IMG/VR virus record: IMGVR_UViG_3300021091_000050
Reading direction: 5' to 3' (one strand)
Length of the DNA stretch: 64,000 nucleotides
Origin: an uncultured virus (IMG/VR IMGVR_UViG_3300021091_000050)
Taxonomy: Duplodnaviria; Heunggongvirae; Uroviricota; Caudoviricetes
The translations under genes were made by a program, and so were the position numbers. A model generated the notes under the pieces. That model saw nothing but the letters and a program-made list of their open reading frames with translations, was not told the origin of the DNA and did no database searches. Positions 6,573 to 16,037 of this stretch are shown piece by piece (positions within the stretch are counted from its first letter, which is position 1; each line of letters opens with the position of its first letter).

Positions 6573-7075
6573 TGGTACACATCCTCAGTATTTTTTCTAA
6601 TATCTCCGTATTTCCACTTAGGCAAATCACTAATTGGGTATTTATTTATCCAAGATTCATGAATTCTCGTATAATACATATTGTCAAAATATTTGAATTC
6701 TCCATTTTCTGCAAAAATCCAGTTCTTTTCATCTAGAGCAACTTTCCATTGCCAAATATGAAAACTGTCATGGATTCCCTGCAATTTCTCAAGCATTGAA
6801 AGTGCTTTCTTACCCATATCCCATTCTGGATTAGATTTTATAACAGCATCCTTAACCGGGGTTGCATAAACTGATGCATTTTCTAATTCAGTGTTATACC
6901 AATTCTTGTCAATAATGCAGCCAACTGCACACATTAGTAATGGACCAGTTTCACCATTAAGTCCAGGTCTTGCTCTATATGAGCAAGAACCTTCAGGATT
7001 AATGCTTTTTTGATTTTGAGTTAAAAGGTGATTTTTAACCTTAAGAAAAATATCTTTATCTGTTATTGTTTTCAT
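6569..7075 (-). CDS. hypothetical protein, paralog of 7241-7921
   Basis: CSYR...CAVGCII motif. Confidence 0.8.
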   Translation of the reverse strand: MKTITDKDIFLKVKNHLLTQNQKSINPEGSCSYRARPGLNGETGPLLMCAVGCIIDKNWYNTELENASVYATPVKDAVIKSNPEWDMGKKALSMLEKLQGIHDSFHIWQWKVALDEKNWIFAENGEFKYFDNMYYTRIHESWINKYPISDLPKWKYGDIRKNTEDVYQ

Positions 7076-7240
7076 TGATTAATACTCCCTATGATAATTA
7101 ATTGTTACTTCTAATTGTTTAAATACAAAATAACTGCACAAGATATAACAACAATTACTCCATATTGCGATAAAGTACGCAACATGAATACCTCCTAATT
7201 TAGCTGGATTAGCCTGTATTTTGCCGTCTGGCTGTTCTAA

Positions 7241-7921
7241 TTAATCTTCTCTGCTGATGAAGTCAAAAAGATATGGTAGAAAACTATAAACTTTATTTTT
7301 ACTATAAGTAGTATAATTTTCTTCAATTGATGCATCAATTTTACCACTACGTTTCATAGCACTTTTTGATGAATCCAATACAAGCCTGTCGAGGTCGAAC
7401 ATGCTTTCAGCAGTAAAATACTGCTGCATTTTGTTAAACGTTACCTCCCAATTTTCAACAGGAGACGTATCATGGATTCTTTGAACAAGAGTAAGCATAA
7501 CTCTAGATTCATGGTTTGGGCTCCAGTTAGGATTTGAATTACAAATTGCATCCCAAACTAATCCATCATCAATGTTCACCCCCTCAAGACCTGCACTATA
7601 ATACCGACCAGAAATAATTTGACCAATAGCACACTTTTTCAATCGATTATCATCATCAGGCATATGTTCAATGTATGAATTAATTCTGTCATTGATATTA
7701 TCAAAATAACTGTCAGACATTTGGTAATCATTAAGGTCTTCATAAACTGAATCTTCGATAACTTCAGCAGTCACCTTTGCTTCAATTGCTTCGTATGTTG
7801 ATTCAGATAAACCGCGATAAGAGCAATCTCCATTCCTCATTACAGACTTGCAACCTTGCACTAAAAGACCATCTTTAATCTTTTCAAAAATGTCATAATC
7901 AGTAACTACTTGAACGCTCAT
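7241..7921 (-). CDS. hypothetical protein, paralog of 6569-7075
   Basis: CSYRG...CAIGQII motif; start revised to MSVQVV. Confidence 0.8.
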   Translation of the reverse strand: MSVQVVTDYDIFEKIKDGLLVQGCKSVMRNGDCSYRGLSESTYEAIEAKVTAEVIEDSVYEDLNDYQMSDSYFDNINDRINSYIEHMPDDDNRLKKCAIGQIISGRYYSAGLEGVNIDDGLVWDAICNSNPNWSPNHESRVMLTLVQRIHDTSPVENWEVTFNKMQQYFTAESMFDLDRLVLDSSKSAMKRSGKIDASIEENYTTYSKNKVYSFLPYLFDFISRED

Positions 7922-8205
7922 TTTGCTTCCACCTCTTTCTTTTGGAACTGGTTTAACCACTCTACTTTGTTCATAAAAGCCTCTCTGCCTTTTTCGCTGT
8001 AGACACCTAAAAGATTTCCATCAAGAAGGCTGTTGATTTCTTGTTTGATTTTATTGATATCACGGGTTGACCAGTCTTCAGACTTTGAATCTGAAATCAT
8101 CTTGTCAATTTCTATACGACCTCTGTTGTATTTGCTGTAGTCATCGCTCATTTCATGTGTCCAGTCAGCACCAACAATTCTCTTTGCCCATTCTTTATGA
8201 TCCAC
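7918..8205 (-). CDS. hypothetical protein
   Basis: Operon packing. Confidence 0.7.
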   Translation of the reverse strand: MDHKEWAKRIVGADWTHEMSDDYSKYNRGRIEIDKMISDSKSEDWSTRDINKIKQEINSLLDGNLLGVYSEKGREAFMNKVEWLNQFQKKEVEAK

Positions 8206-8206
8206 T

Positions 8207-8467
8207 TTATGCCTCCGATAGAGTAATTACAAAACTGTTTTTGTCTTTGTTGCCAAAGAATTGACCAGGCCCATTACCTTCAAAATCGCGTGAAGGATAC
8301 AGAACTGAACCATCAGATAAAACAAGACAAGTTGGGTTAATTCTTTCATAATAAAAAGAATCCCATCCCTCTTTTCGCATCTCGGTATCAGTCATTGTTC
8401 TAATCATTACAATACTTTCACCACAAGGCCATTGTGAGTCTGTTCTAAGATTAATAGTGTCTTTCAT
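8207..8467 (-). CDS. hypothetical phage protein
   Basis: Operon packing; SRDxEGNGPG motif. Confidence 0.7.
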   Translation of the reverse strand: MKDTINLRTDSQWPCGESIVMIRTMTDTEMRKEGWDSFYYERINPTCLVLSDGSVLYPSRDFEGNGPGQFFGNKDKNSFVITLSEA

Positions 8468-8468
8468 T

Positions 8469-8777
8469 TTATCCTTCTGTCTTTAGTCTTTCGATATAAA
8501 TTTGTTGATACTTGTCTGTTTGTATTTCTCCATCTACAGAAACGAGATAAGCAGTAGCCGTAATAATCTTTTTATGCATATAAAAATTAATATCTACTTG
8601 ATCACAATACGCACACCATTCATCAAATTCATCATCTAATGAATAAGATTCAAGCTTGTCTCTATAGGCAGAGATATAACCTCTAGCGAATTGTCTTAAA
8701 TCAAAGGTGGAAATATTTTTATGCAACCGTTTGAACTGGCTCTCCACTAAAACAACCTTTCTGAACAAGAATTTCAA
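8469..8777 (-). CDS. hypothetical protein
   Basis: Operon packing. Confidence 0.6.
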   Translation of the reverse strand: MKFLFRKVVLVESQFKRLHKNISTFDLRQFARGYISAYRDKLESYSLDDEFDEWCAYCDQVDINFYMHKKIITATAYLVSVDGEIQTDKYQQIYIERLKTEG

Positions 8778-9090
8778 AAAGCAAACCCCAGGCTGGGTCA
8801 GTATTTTTTGTAAGATTATTAAAATCTTTTACAAGTTTATCGCCAAGACCCATATTTGAAAGATTTTTCAAATACTCAGTCAAACCTGACTTTTCAATCT
8901 TCTCAGTTGTTGAGACATCGAAATGCTTTAAAATTCCACTCACAGGATTCTTTACATAAAGAGCAACACAATTCTGAATAGGAATGATTAAACTAAATGA
9001 GCCATTAATTGCACTTTGAATTAATTGTTCCGATTCTGCTTTTTCATCTTTTTTTGCAACGAATTTCTTATTTGCTGGTTTAGTTGCCAT
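8719..9090 (-). CDS. hypothetical protein
   Basis: Operon packing. Confidence 0.65.
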   Translation of the reverse strand: MATKPANKKFVAKKDEKAESEQLIQSAINGSFSLIIPIQNCVALYVKNPVSGILKHFDVSTTEKIEKSGLTEYLKNLSNMGLGDKLVKDFNNLTKNTDPAWGLLFEILVQKGCFSGEPVQTVA

Positions 9091-9544
9091 TTACTTTTTC
9101 CTCTTCTTTCTGCGTCATTTCTTTAAATTCAAACTTATAATAAAAAAGCAAGCCTTTTGCATCACTAAGTGAGAGTGACGGCCTACGCTTAACAAATCTT
9201 TTAATCCAATTAGTAGATGACTCATATCCAACATTGGTAGAAAGATTAATATGCTTAGTAATAACTTCTGGAGAGAGATAGACGCGAGACGTATTCACTC
9301 CATCGAATTTGCTATACAAAAAGAAGTCATCAAACCTTTCATACATCTTCCATCTTGCATACCATTCAGAACAATTTGTCTCAGTAATATTTCCAATACC
9401 TACTGATATAGAGCCAAAAATAAGACTCTTTGTTTCTGCATTAACATCTGAAACTTCTTTTCCGTTTTCCTGCCAAGTGACCCAAAGTTTATCTGGATTG
9501 TCTTTAAAAAACTTAACTTCTTCGGTACTCCAATTAAGGCTCAT
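9080..9544 (-). CDS. hypothetical protein
   Basis: ATGA overlap at 9541-9544. Confidence 0.7.
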   Translation of the reverse strand: MSLNWSTEEVKFFKDNPDKLWVTWQENGKEVSDVNAETKSLIFGSISVGIGNITETNCSEWYARWKMYERFDDFFLYSKFDGVNTSRVYLSPEVITKHINLSTNVGYESSTNWIKRFVKRRPSLSLSDAKGLLFYYKFEFKEMTQKEEEKVNGN

Positions 9545-9885
9545 GAGTAAATCTTTTCCCACTCATAAGAAATTGCATCAACAATTTCAACAGGTACTTC
9601 TGTATTATTTCCCTCTTCATCAACTTGACCAAAGAGTACAATGTCGCCAGCAATATAATCTCCAAGCAAAATTCTTGCACCAGAGTTATACCAAGCATTT
9701 GTTGCTAAAATATTCTCATCAAGACTAAGAATTTTTCCCTCTTCGTTTATATAACCCTCTGCTTTGTAATTGGGAAAATAAACTGCTTCAATCAAACCTC
9801 CTACTGCTTTATTGATTTGATCATAATTCCATTCTTTATTAATTACTTCATATGTGCCATCTGTTCTTACCAGTAAAGCTTTCAT
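9541..9885 (-). CDS. DUF3846-like phage protein
   Basis: VGGLIE, INEEGK, N.LAT, IAGD motifs. Confidence 0.75.
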   Translation of the reverse strand: MKALLVRTDGTYEVINKEWNYDQINKAVGGLIEAVYFPNYKAEGYINEEGKILSLDENILATNAWYNSGARILLGDYIAGDIVLFGQVDEEGNNTEVPVEIVDAISYEWEKIYS

Positions 9886-9888
9886 TTA

Positions 9889-10071
9889 TTACCGCTCCTG
9901 TCTCATATGTTTAAACATTTCATCCATTGCAAGCCTATTTGCTCTTTGATAACTAAGTTCGTGATTCCTAAACTCTTTTATAACAACACCGTCAACAATA
10001 ACGTTTGCATCAAAAGAGTTCCATTCAATCAGGATTCTATCCGTTATTTGCTCTACAGCCATATCATCCAT
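9889..10071 (-). CDS. hypothetical protein
   Basis: GGAGG RBS, operon packing. Confidence 0.6.
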   Translation of the reverse strand: MDDMAVEQITDRILIEWNSFDANVIVDGVVIKEFRNHELSYQRANRLAMDEMFKHMRQER

Positions 10072-10282
10072 TTGTTAACCTCCAATTTATTTCTTCATGA
10101 TCTATTGAATGGATTGTTCCATCTGCGACAAACATAACGCTTTCGTATATTTCTCCATTAGATAGAATTCCATCATTATCATTGCCAAGCATAGCTTCAT
10201 AAACAATACTTTTTGCTTCATCTTTGCTTTCTGCGTTTACGAAGTATCTTGCAAAAGTAACAACTGTATACGGTTTTGTCAC
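10064..10282 (-). CDS. hypothetical protein
   Basis: VNAESKDEA motif; operon packing. Confidence 0.65.
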   Translation of the reverse strand: MTKPYTVVTFARYFVNAESKDEAKSIVYEAMLGNDNDGILSNGEIYESVMFVADGTIHSIDHEEINWRLTNG

Positions 10283-10506
10283 AACTCCTCTCCATTTTCA
10301 TCTGTGAATATGAGTTCTTTTATATTTGCTTGGTGCCCATAGCCACAAGAAAAATCATCTTTAGCCCATTCTTCAATTTGTTCCATTACATCTTCCATGT
10401 CTGGTTCTTCCTTATTATCGGCTCTAAGCATATCTACAATATCTTGAACTTGATAAGTGATACTTTTTATTACATTTACTCTCTCAGGAAATTCATTAGA
10501 GTTCAC
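10279..10506 (-). CDS. hypothetical protein
   Basis: Operon packing. Confidence 0.65.
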   Translation of the reverse strand: MNSNEFPERVNVIKSITYQVQDIVDMLRADNKEEPDMEDVMEQIEEWAKDDFSCGYGHQANIKELIFTDENGEEL

Positions 10507-10720
10507 GACAATACCCCGAGCAACTTATTCTTCCACATAGTGGGCATCCATCATCATAATCATCCTCATCACTATCTTCATCATATTCATATGAATCAGC
10601 AGCGTCATCTAGTGCCTGCCTTTGCGCTTCTTCTTTTGCATCAAGATAATGATTTCTAACTACTTCCCGATAATCTTCATCGGCAAGAGTATAATCATCT
10701 CTATCTCTTTGTTCTATCAT
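10496..10720 (-). CDS. acidic Cys-rich hypothetical protein
   Basis: GAGG RBS; CPLC..C..YC. Confidence 0.6.
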   Translation of the reverse strand: MIEQRDRDDYTLADEDYREVVRNHYLDAKEEAQRQALDDAADSYEYDEDSDEDDYDDGCPLCGRISCSGYCREL

Positions 10721-11010
10721 TAGTTGTCCTCTGGAATACATTTCTCACAAATAAAAGAACCGTCTGGTTTTTGAAATACATCCATATACATCCAGTTTTG
10801 ATAAACTGTATTGCAAGTATTGCATTCTATATCTTCATCTAAATTTATTCTTTCAGAGATATCTCTGCCAGTTGCTTCAATTATTTCAGATATGTCTACC
10901 ATAGAAATATCTCCCCAGTCAGGAGTTTTAAACATATTTGCAAGTAAATCCATTGCATGAGCATCAGAAATAATCATCACTTCTAAACCTTTTAAAAATT
11001 TTGACTCCAT
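10720..11010 (-). CDS. hypothetical protein with two CxxC
   Basis: CNTC...CEKC. Confidence 0.6.
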   Translation of the reverse strand: MESKFLKGLEVMIISDAHAMDLLANMFKTPDWGDISMVDISEIIEATGRDISERINLDEDIECNTCNTVYQNWMYMDVFQKPDGSFICEKCIPEDN

Positions 11011-11329
11011 TATCTCTTAGCAAATAAGCAATCTGATCAATACATTCCCCATCATCAACTGTTGATGGCTGCTCTAAAATTTCTACAATTTTATTTACAA
11101 TGTACTCATTGTTCTTATGCTGGAATTCTAATTTGACTCTTTCTTTCCAAGCATAAAGTTCTGCAACAATCTCATCAAAAGATTGTTTTAATGGATACTC
11201 ACCTTTATCATTAAGTAAATTTTGAAGATCATTATCAAGGGATATCCAAGATTCATATAAACTAGATGCACCATCTACAAAACATTCAAGATTATACAAG
11301 AACGTATTTGTTTTATTTTCTCTACTCAA
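10964..11329 (-). CDS. hypothetical protein
   Basis: AAGG RBS. Confidence 0.65.
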   Translation of the reverse strand: MSRENKTNTFLYNLECFVDGASSLYESWISLDNDLQNLLNDKGEYPLKQSFDEIVAELYAWKERVKLEFQHKNNEYIVNKIVEILEQPSTVDDGECIDQIAYLLRDNGVKIFKRFRSDDYF

Positions 11330-11437
11330 TGCTTTACCTTTCTTTGTGTATATATAAAAAAAGAACTAGGCGAGCGTCAATATCGCTTCTTACATTATTA
11401 GATGAAAGGGGGAAATCTAATACGTTACCTAGTTTCG

Positions 11438-11510
11438 TGCTTTTAGTAGGACTCGAACCTACAACCTACAGATTAGAAGTCTGTTGCTCTATCCATTGAG
11501 CTATAAAAGC
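11438..11510 (-). tRNA. tRNA-Arg(TCT)
   Basis: Cloverleaf; anticodon arm ACAGA-CTTCTAA-TCTGT; GTTCGAG T-loop. Confidence 0.95.
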
Positions 11511-11570
11511 AATTAGCATATTTATAATATATATACTAAGCATATGCCAGACTTAGTATAAGTTTTATAA

Positions 11571-12056
11571 TTACACTTTGAATCCCCAGTTATTAAGTCC
11601 ACTTGTTGTTTGTTCCAAAAGAAACTTTGCAACTTTAAGATTGCAGTGTACATCAAATAAAACTTGCAAATTTTTTGTACTACAAGTTTGTTCAGTTAGA
11701 GTTCTCCAACTGCTGTTGATTTGAACAAGACCAGAATCATAAGTTCCGTTCTTGTTTAGAGTCCAAACAATCTTGCCGTTCTTAAATTTTGCATTAATTG
11801 CCTTGGGATTGCATCGTGATTCTCTCCAAGCAATGTAAGAGAAAATCTCAACAGGAAGCCCGTATTGTTCAAATGTCTTTTCAAACTTAGGACACCTTTT
11901 TTGTTTATCGGTAGATATTATTTTATTAACAATTGCAATCTGCTTGTCAAGTCTTTTATTTAAAATCTCTTCTTTTGCTGCAGCATGACCGTACCACGAC
12001 GAAAATACAATTAAAGCAAGAAGAGTTCCACATAGAAATTTATTTATGCGCTTCAT
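11571..12056 (-). CDS. secreted lytic transglycosylase (SLT/lysozyme-like)
   Basis: N-terminal signal/TM segment; IAWRES catalytic Glu; DSGLVQIN..W. Confidence 0.8.
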   Translation of the reverse strand: MKRINKFLCGTLLALIVFSSWYGHAAAKEEILNKRLDKQIAIVNKIISTDKQKRCPKFEKTFEQYGLPVEIFSYIAWRESRCNPKAINAKFKNGKIVWTLNKNGTYDSGLVQINSSWRTLTEQTCSTKNLQVLFDVHCNLKVAKFLLEQTTSGLNNWGFKV

Positions 12057-12263
12057 TTTCGCTCCTTTAGTTTAGTTCCTTTTCCCAAAGTGTTTTCTTT
12101 ACACAATGGTATTAGCTTTCGCTAAGGTGTGCGAAACGAGGTCATAGCATATTTATCTACAATTCAATGCTCACTCGCTTCACGTTATATTTTGAATAGG
12201 CATCACCTCCATAAAATGAATAAATACAATTATATCAGTTAGAGTTTTAGGCTCATATATAGT

Positions 12264-12728
12264 TTAATCAAAATCAAAAACTACACGACCAACAGATGTT
12301 TTCATTTCCCCATTGTCAAATACATTTTTCCAAACGTGCCCATCTTCTCCACGCCAAACAATATAACTATTATCTCTTACATATGGCGCGATGACTCCTA
12401 GGAATAAATCTTGTTGACCGGTTTTATCATCGTAATGTAAATTAATTATATTTCCATATTCATCAAAACTAAGATCAAAACCAAGGCTTTGTAGTATCTC
12501 TGTTGCTGTCTTCAATTTTGCTGGATAATCTGCATCCATCCAAGAAAACCATTTTTCTGGGTGATAATCTAAACCAGCAGGTCTAGAAGATTTTACATCA
12601 GGACCAAAACGGCCTCCTGATTTGAGTTTGTCATACTTGTTTAACAAACACATATCTTTGTATGCTGATGGAAAGTGGCGCTTACTCATATAAAAATCAA
12701 CTTCTTCTGTGCTAATGTAATACCCCAT
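12264..12728 (-). CDS. hypothetical phage protein
   Basis: AAAGGA RBS; WRGEDG..W motif. Confidence 0.75.
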   Translation of the reverse strand: MGYYISTEEVDFYMSKRHFPSAYKDMCLLNKYDKLKSGGRFGPDVKSSRPAGLDYHPEKWFSWMDADYPAKLKTATEILQSLGFDLSFDEYGNIINLHYDDKTGQQDLFLGVIAPYVRDNSYIVWRGEDGHVWKNVFDNGEMKTSVGRVVFDFD

Positions 12729-12760
12729 TATGTTTCCTTTCTGTTGTTTACTTTATAAAG

Positions 12761-12835
12761 TACCGCATCAGGGAATTGAACCCTGCAAATGGATGTTTAT
12801 AAGACATCTGTGTTCAACCAGCTCACCCATGCGGT
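12761..12835 (-). tRNA. tRNA-Ile(TAT)
   Basis: ACCGCAT/ATGCGGT acceptor; GATGT-CTTATAA-ACATC anticodon arm; CAGGG-TTCAATT-CCCTG; D-arm atypical. Confidence 0.8.
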
Positions 12836-12857
12836 AAGATTTACTTACAGATTAATT

Positions 12858-13238
12858 TTACTCTTTTGTGTCTAATCCATCGATGAAGTTTTCAATAAGA
12901 AACTTTGCATACTCTGGTCTATTTCCAAGCATCTTGCTAAGATTTTTTCTGCTTTGGTTGTACATATTATTATAAAACTTAATAGTTTCTTCCGTTGATT
13001 CAAGACGAGACTCAGCAATCATTTGTATCATCATGTACATATGTACCATTGAACCAAAGATAATACCAGGAAGAAAAACTGGATTATCAACAGCATCGTT
13101 CTTATAAGAATCCATCAATGTTGATAACATAGAACTACTATCTGGTGATGTATGTGCATTAAAAATTTGCATCGCAAAATCTGTAAACAAATCGTCTTGA
13201 TGCTCTTTGAATGGTTTGACTTCCATATCTAAATTCAT
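12858..13238 (-). CDS. hypothetical protein
   Basis: Start revised to MNLDMEV to avoid the tRNA. Confidence 0.7.
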   Translation of the reverse strand: MNLDMEVKPFKEHQDDLFTDFAMQIFNAHTSPDSSSMLSTLMDSYKNDAVDNPVFLPGIIFGSMVHMYMMIQMIAESRLESTEETIKFYNNMYNQSRKNLSKMLGNRPEYAKFLIENFIDGLDTKE

Positions 13239-13273
13239 ATTATCATATCTGCTTCCTTTTTGCTTGGTTTCCG

Positions 13274-13347
13274 TGGGCATAGTGGGATTCGAACCCACAC
13301 TTTATTGATTTTAAGTCAATTGTCTCTGCCTATTGGACTATATGCCC
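13274..13347 (-). tRNA. tRNA-Leu(TAA), short variable loop
   Basis: GGGCATA/TATGCCC acceptor; ATTGA-CTTAAAA-TCAAT; GTTCGAA T-loop. Confidence 0.9.
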
Positions 13348-13373
13348 CAACCTTTATTTACGGGTACATACTA

Positions 13374-13817
13374 CTAATAGTGCTGTAGTTTTTCCAGTTT
13401 GCTAATATATTTTGTAAATTTATCATAAAAGTTTTCGTGCCCTTCTTCATGCACTTTAGAGTGACATGATTTACATAAGAGAATCAAATTACTAAGACTG
13501 TCACTACCACCAATAGAAACTGGTTTAATGTGATGGACTTGCATATTATGTTGTTCTATTTCATTAAAGCATGACCTACATATTTTTTGATCTCTCTCTT
13601 GCACAATAGTTTTCAAATCAATTGGCACACCATGTCTGTATTTACCATTCTTTCTCTTACGTTCTTGTTTTTTGTAATTGGAATTTGTTACTTTTTTATC
13701 TATAGCTTTGATGCATTCTGGATTATTACAACATCTTTTCTTACGGTAAATAAAAGTATTTGACGATGAAAATCTTTCCATGCATCCAGCACAAATAACA
13801 AATCTATCTTTCGTCAT
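13374..13817 (-). CDS. HNH endonuclease
   Basis: RD..ICRSC; VHHI.P...GG.D...NLILLCKSCH..H. Confidence 0.9.
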   Translation of the reverse strand: MTKDRFVICAGCMERFSSSNTFIYRKKRCCNNPECIKAIDKKVTNSNYKKQERKRKNGKYRHGVPIDLKTIVQERDQKICRSCFNEIEQHNMQVHHIKPVSIGGSDSLSNLILLCKSCHSKVHEEGHENFYDKFTKYISKLEKLQHY

Positions 13818-14181
13818 TATTTTCCTTATAGACGATTTTTATTTCCGAAGAAGCGTCTAATTTATTGAAGACTTCTTCATAGTTTGCAACGTCTTCAATT
13901 GTTTTTCCATCTTTAATTATTTGAGAAAAATAATTAAAGTTTTTTGTTATCTCTCTATAAGTTGTTGAATTTGGATTATAGAAATATTCTTTGACGAGTC
14001 CAGGGTCTTTTTGCTTTGTCGAATATTCAAATATTCTTGCAAACCAATTATCTGGTTTAAAACCAAACTGACGTTCGCAAATACGATTGGCTTTAGACAT
14101 TACTTCTTGGACTGCGCTTACGTCATCAATTTTAATTGGGAATCTGTACTCAACTACAAAATAGTTTTCAAACTTAGGCAT
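13804..14181 (-). CDS. hypothetical protein
   Basis: Operon packing. Confidence 0.65.
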   Translation of the reverse strand: MPKFENYFVVEYRFPIKIDDVSAVQEVMSKANRICERQFGFKPDNWFARIFEYSTKQKDPGLVKEYFYNPNSTTYREITKNFNYFSQIIKDGKTIEDVANYEEVFNKLDASSEIKIVYKENNDER

Positions 14182-14286
14182 TATGCACCGCCCCCCATAA
14201 TAACAGCAGCCATTATAACTAATACGATAATAGCAAGGAAAGGGAATAGAACAAAAAATAAAATTGCCATAGTAAACCAGAAGAAT

Positions 14287-15984
14287 TTACCGTACACCAT
14301 CGTTAATATCTCCAATACTAAATGCTCCCCGAACTGGGAAATAGATGCCATCACCATCACTTGTGATTTGACAAACGCCCTGTGGGTCAATTGCTCCAGC
14401 ATTTGCATTGACAATGACAATGTTATTACCTACATTTACAATATATGCATTAAGCGTTTTTGAATATTCAGCTAGGTATTTGAAGTTATCTAAAAAATAA
14501 GTATTCTTATTTAAGATAATAACTCCACCCTGTGCTTCTTCAAAAATAGAATCTTTATAGAAGTCGGTCATCAATTTGCCAATTCTTGTATCTGCCAAAT
14601 CTCTGAATTTTTTCCCAGCGATATCGTGGGAATCATTAATACCCGATGAATAATGATCATATTCATGAATGATTGTTGCAACAATTTCAGAAACTGAACC
14701 GTAATTTGCATGGCTCTCATCAATCACAATAATTCTTTCTTTATTTTCATTTGTAATCAACATGCCAAGAACGCTTTCTTTTTTTGTTTTAAAGGTTGCA
14801 ATTTTATCCCTTATATGGAAAAGACCTGGCTCAAAATAAGTAGCAATATCAATTGCCTTAGTAAGTTTAGGATATTTTGAAGTGTCAAAGTCTGTCTCAT
14901 AATCAATATGCTCTCCAAGAATGCTCGTCACATTTTTGAAATTGAAAGCTTTCATGATATTAAGAGCAGAACGATTTTTAACAATTACGGGTTTGTACCC
15001 ACGCTGAGTAATTGACAGAATTGATGAATCAGAATTAAAATTACCATCAACGATGATACCCTTTCCATCAGTCATTTTATTCCAAACGTCAATCCATGAT
15101 TTACGGGCATCTTCATTGATATGATATTCAAAACTTTGGCTCAGAGTTGAAAGCCTTGCAAGTTCCCAAATATCTGATTCAGTATCTGCATCTATAAATT
15201 TCTCTAGATACTTTTCAATAACTTTTTCATCGGTTGTATTACCAATAATTTTTACAATAGCCCAGTCTAAATCCCACAATGTTTTAATAGTACGCTCTTC
15301 ATTAAGTTCAATGTCATCGATTTGGTAATCAAATATACTGTGGTATTCTTGATCAGTTTTTACAAGAATATTCTTGCAATAGAACCTTGAATCCGAATCA
15401 ATTTTTTCTAAGATTTTACCCCAACACATGTCAGCAAGAACATTACGATTCACAGAAAAGTAGTTGTCGTACTTTTTAATAATGCTCATCAATTCAGGAC
15501 TCGCTGAAATATAAACAGAAAATTGACCCTCAACTGGTTTAAGCTTTTCCATTGAAGTTTCGTCATCTGTATTAACAGTAATGACGCATACATTGTACCA
15601 ACCATTATCTATAATTTTTGCGTTGTCCATTGCATTAGCGATTGGTTCACGCAAAATTTGAAATGGGTCTTCCCAAGAAAGAATACCTGCGTCAAGAGTG
15701 AAAGATGAAGACTTTTTGTAATCATCATATTGATAAACTACACAATCAATACCGTCTTCTTCTTCAACAACATAACGCAAAGTAAATGGACCGTTCTTGT
15801 CATATCCAGTAAAAAACCATTCAAGGCCTTTTCTCAAAGCAGCAATTGGTGCATATTTAATACCAGAACCAAATTGTCCAATTGTATTATCATCATTTCT
15901 TTTGGTGCTAAAGCCAAGTTTTTCTAATGCAATCCTACTGACTTCATCTGCCTTGTTTGTAATTACAATATAATCTAGAAGCAT
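14287..15984 (-). CDS. GHKL-type ATPase-like protein with C-terminal HExxH motif
   Basis: LGFSTK, IGQFGSGIK, LREPIANAMD, IIHEYDH; start revised to MLLDY. Confidence 0.7.
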   Translation of the reverse strand: MLLDYIVITNKADEVSRIALEKLGFSTKRNDDNTIGQFGSGIKYAPIAALRKGLEWFFTGYDKNGPFTLRYVVEEEDGIDCVVYQYDDYKKSSSFTLDAGILSWEDPFQILREPIANAMDNAKIIDNGWYNVCVITVNTDDETSMEKLKPVEGQFSVYISASPELMSIIKKYDNYFSVNRNVLADMCWGKILEKIDSDSRFYCKNILVKTDQEYHSIFDYQIDDIELNEERTIKTLWDLDWAIVKIIGNTTDEKVIEKYLEKFIDADTESDIWELARLSTLSQSFEYHINEDARKSWIDVWNKMTDGKGIIVDGNFNSDSSILSITQRGYKPVIVKNRSALNIMKAFNFKNVTSILGEHIDYETDFDTSKYPKLTKAIDIATYFEPGLFHIRDKIATFKTKKESVLGMLITNENKERIIVIDESHANYGSVSEIVATIIHEYDHYSSGINDSHDIAGKKFRDLADTRIGKLMTDFYKDSIFEEAQGGVIILNKNTYFLDNFKYLAEYSKTLNAYIVNVGNNIVIVNANAGAIDPQGVCQITSDGDGIYFPVRGAFSIGDINDGVR

Positions 15985-16000
15985 GTTTGCCTTTCTTTTA

Positions 16001-16028
16001 GGAGTGGGGGGTTTTACCCCCCACTCCA
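16001..16028. terminator. intergenic hairpin
   Basis: GGAGTGGGGGG / CCCCCCACTCC inverted repeat. Confidence 0.55.
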
Positions 16029-16037
16029 TTGATTGAA

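Noticed and set aside
12057..12240. c-di-AMP (ydaO) riboswitch upstream of the transglycosylase
   Set aside because: Conserved GCUGAAUCC and GUCAGCUAAC-type motifs not found.
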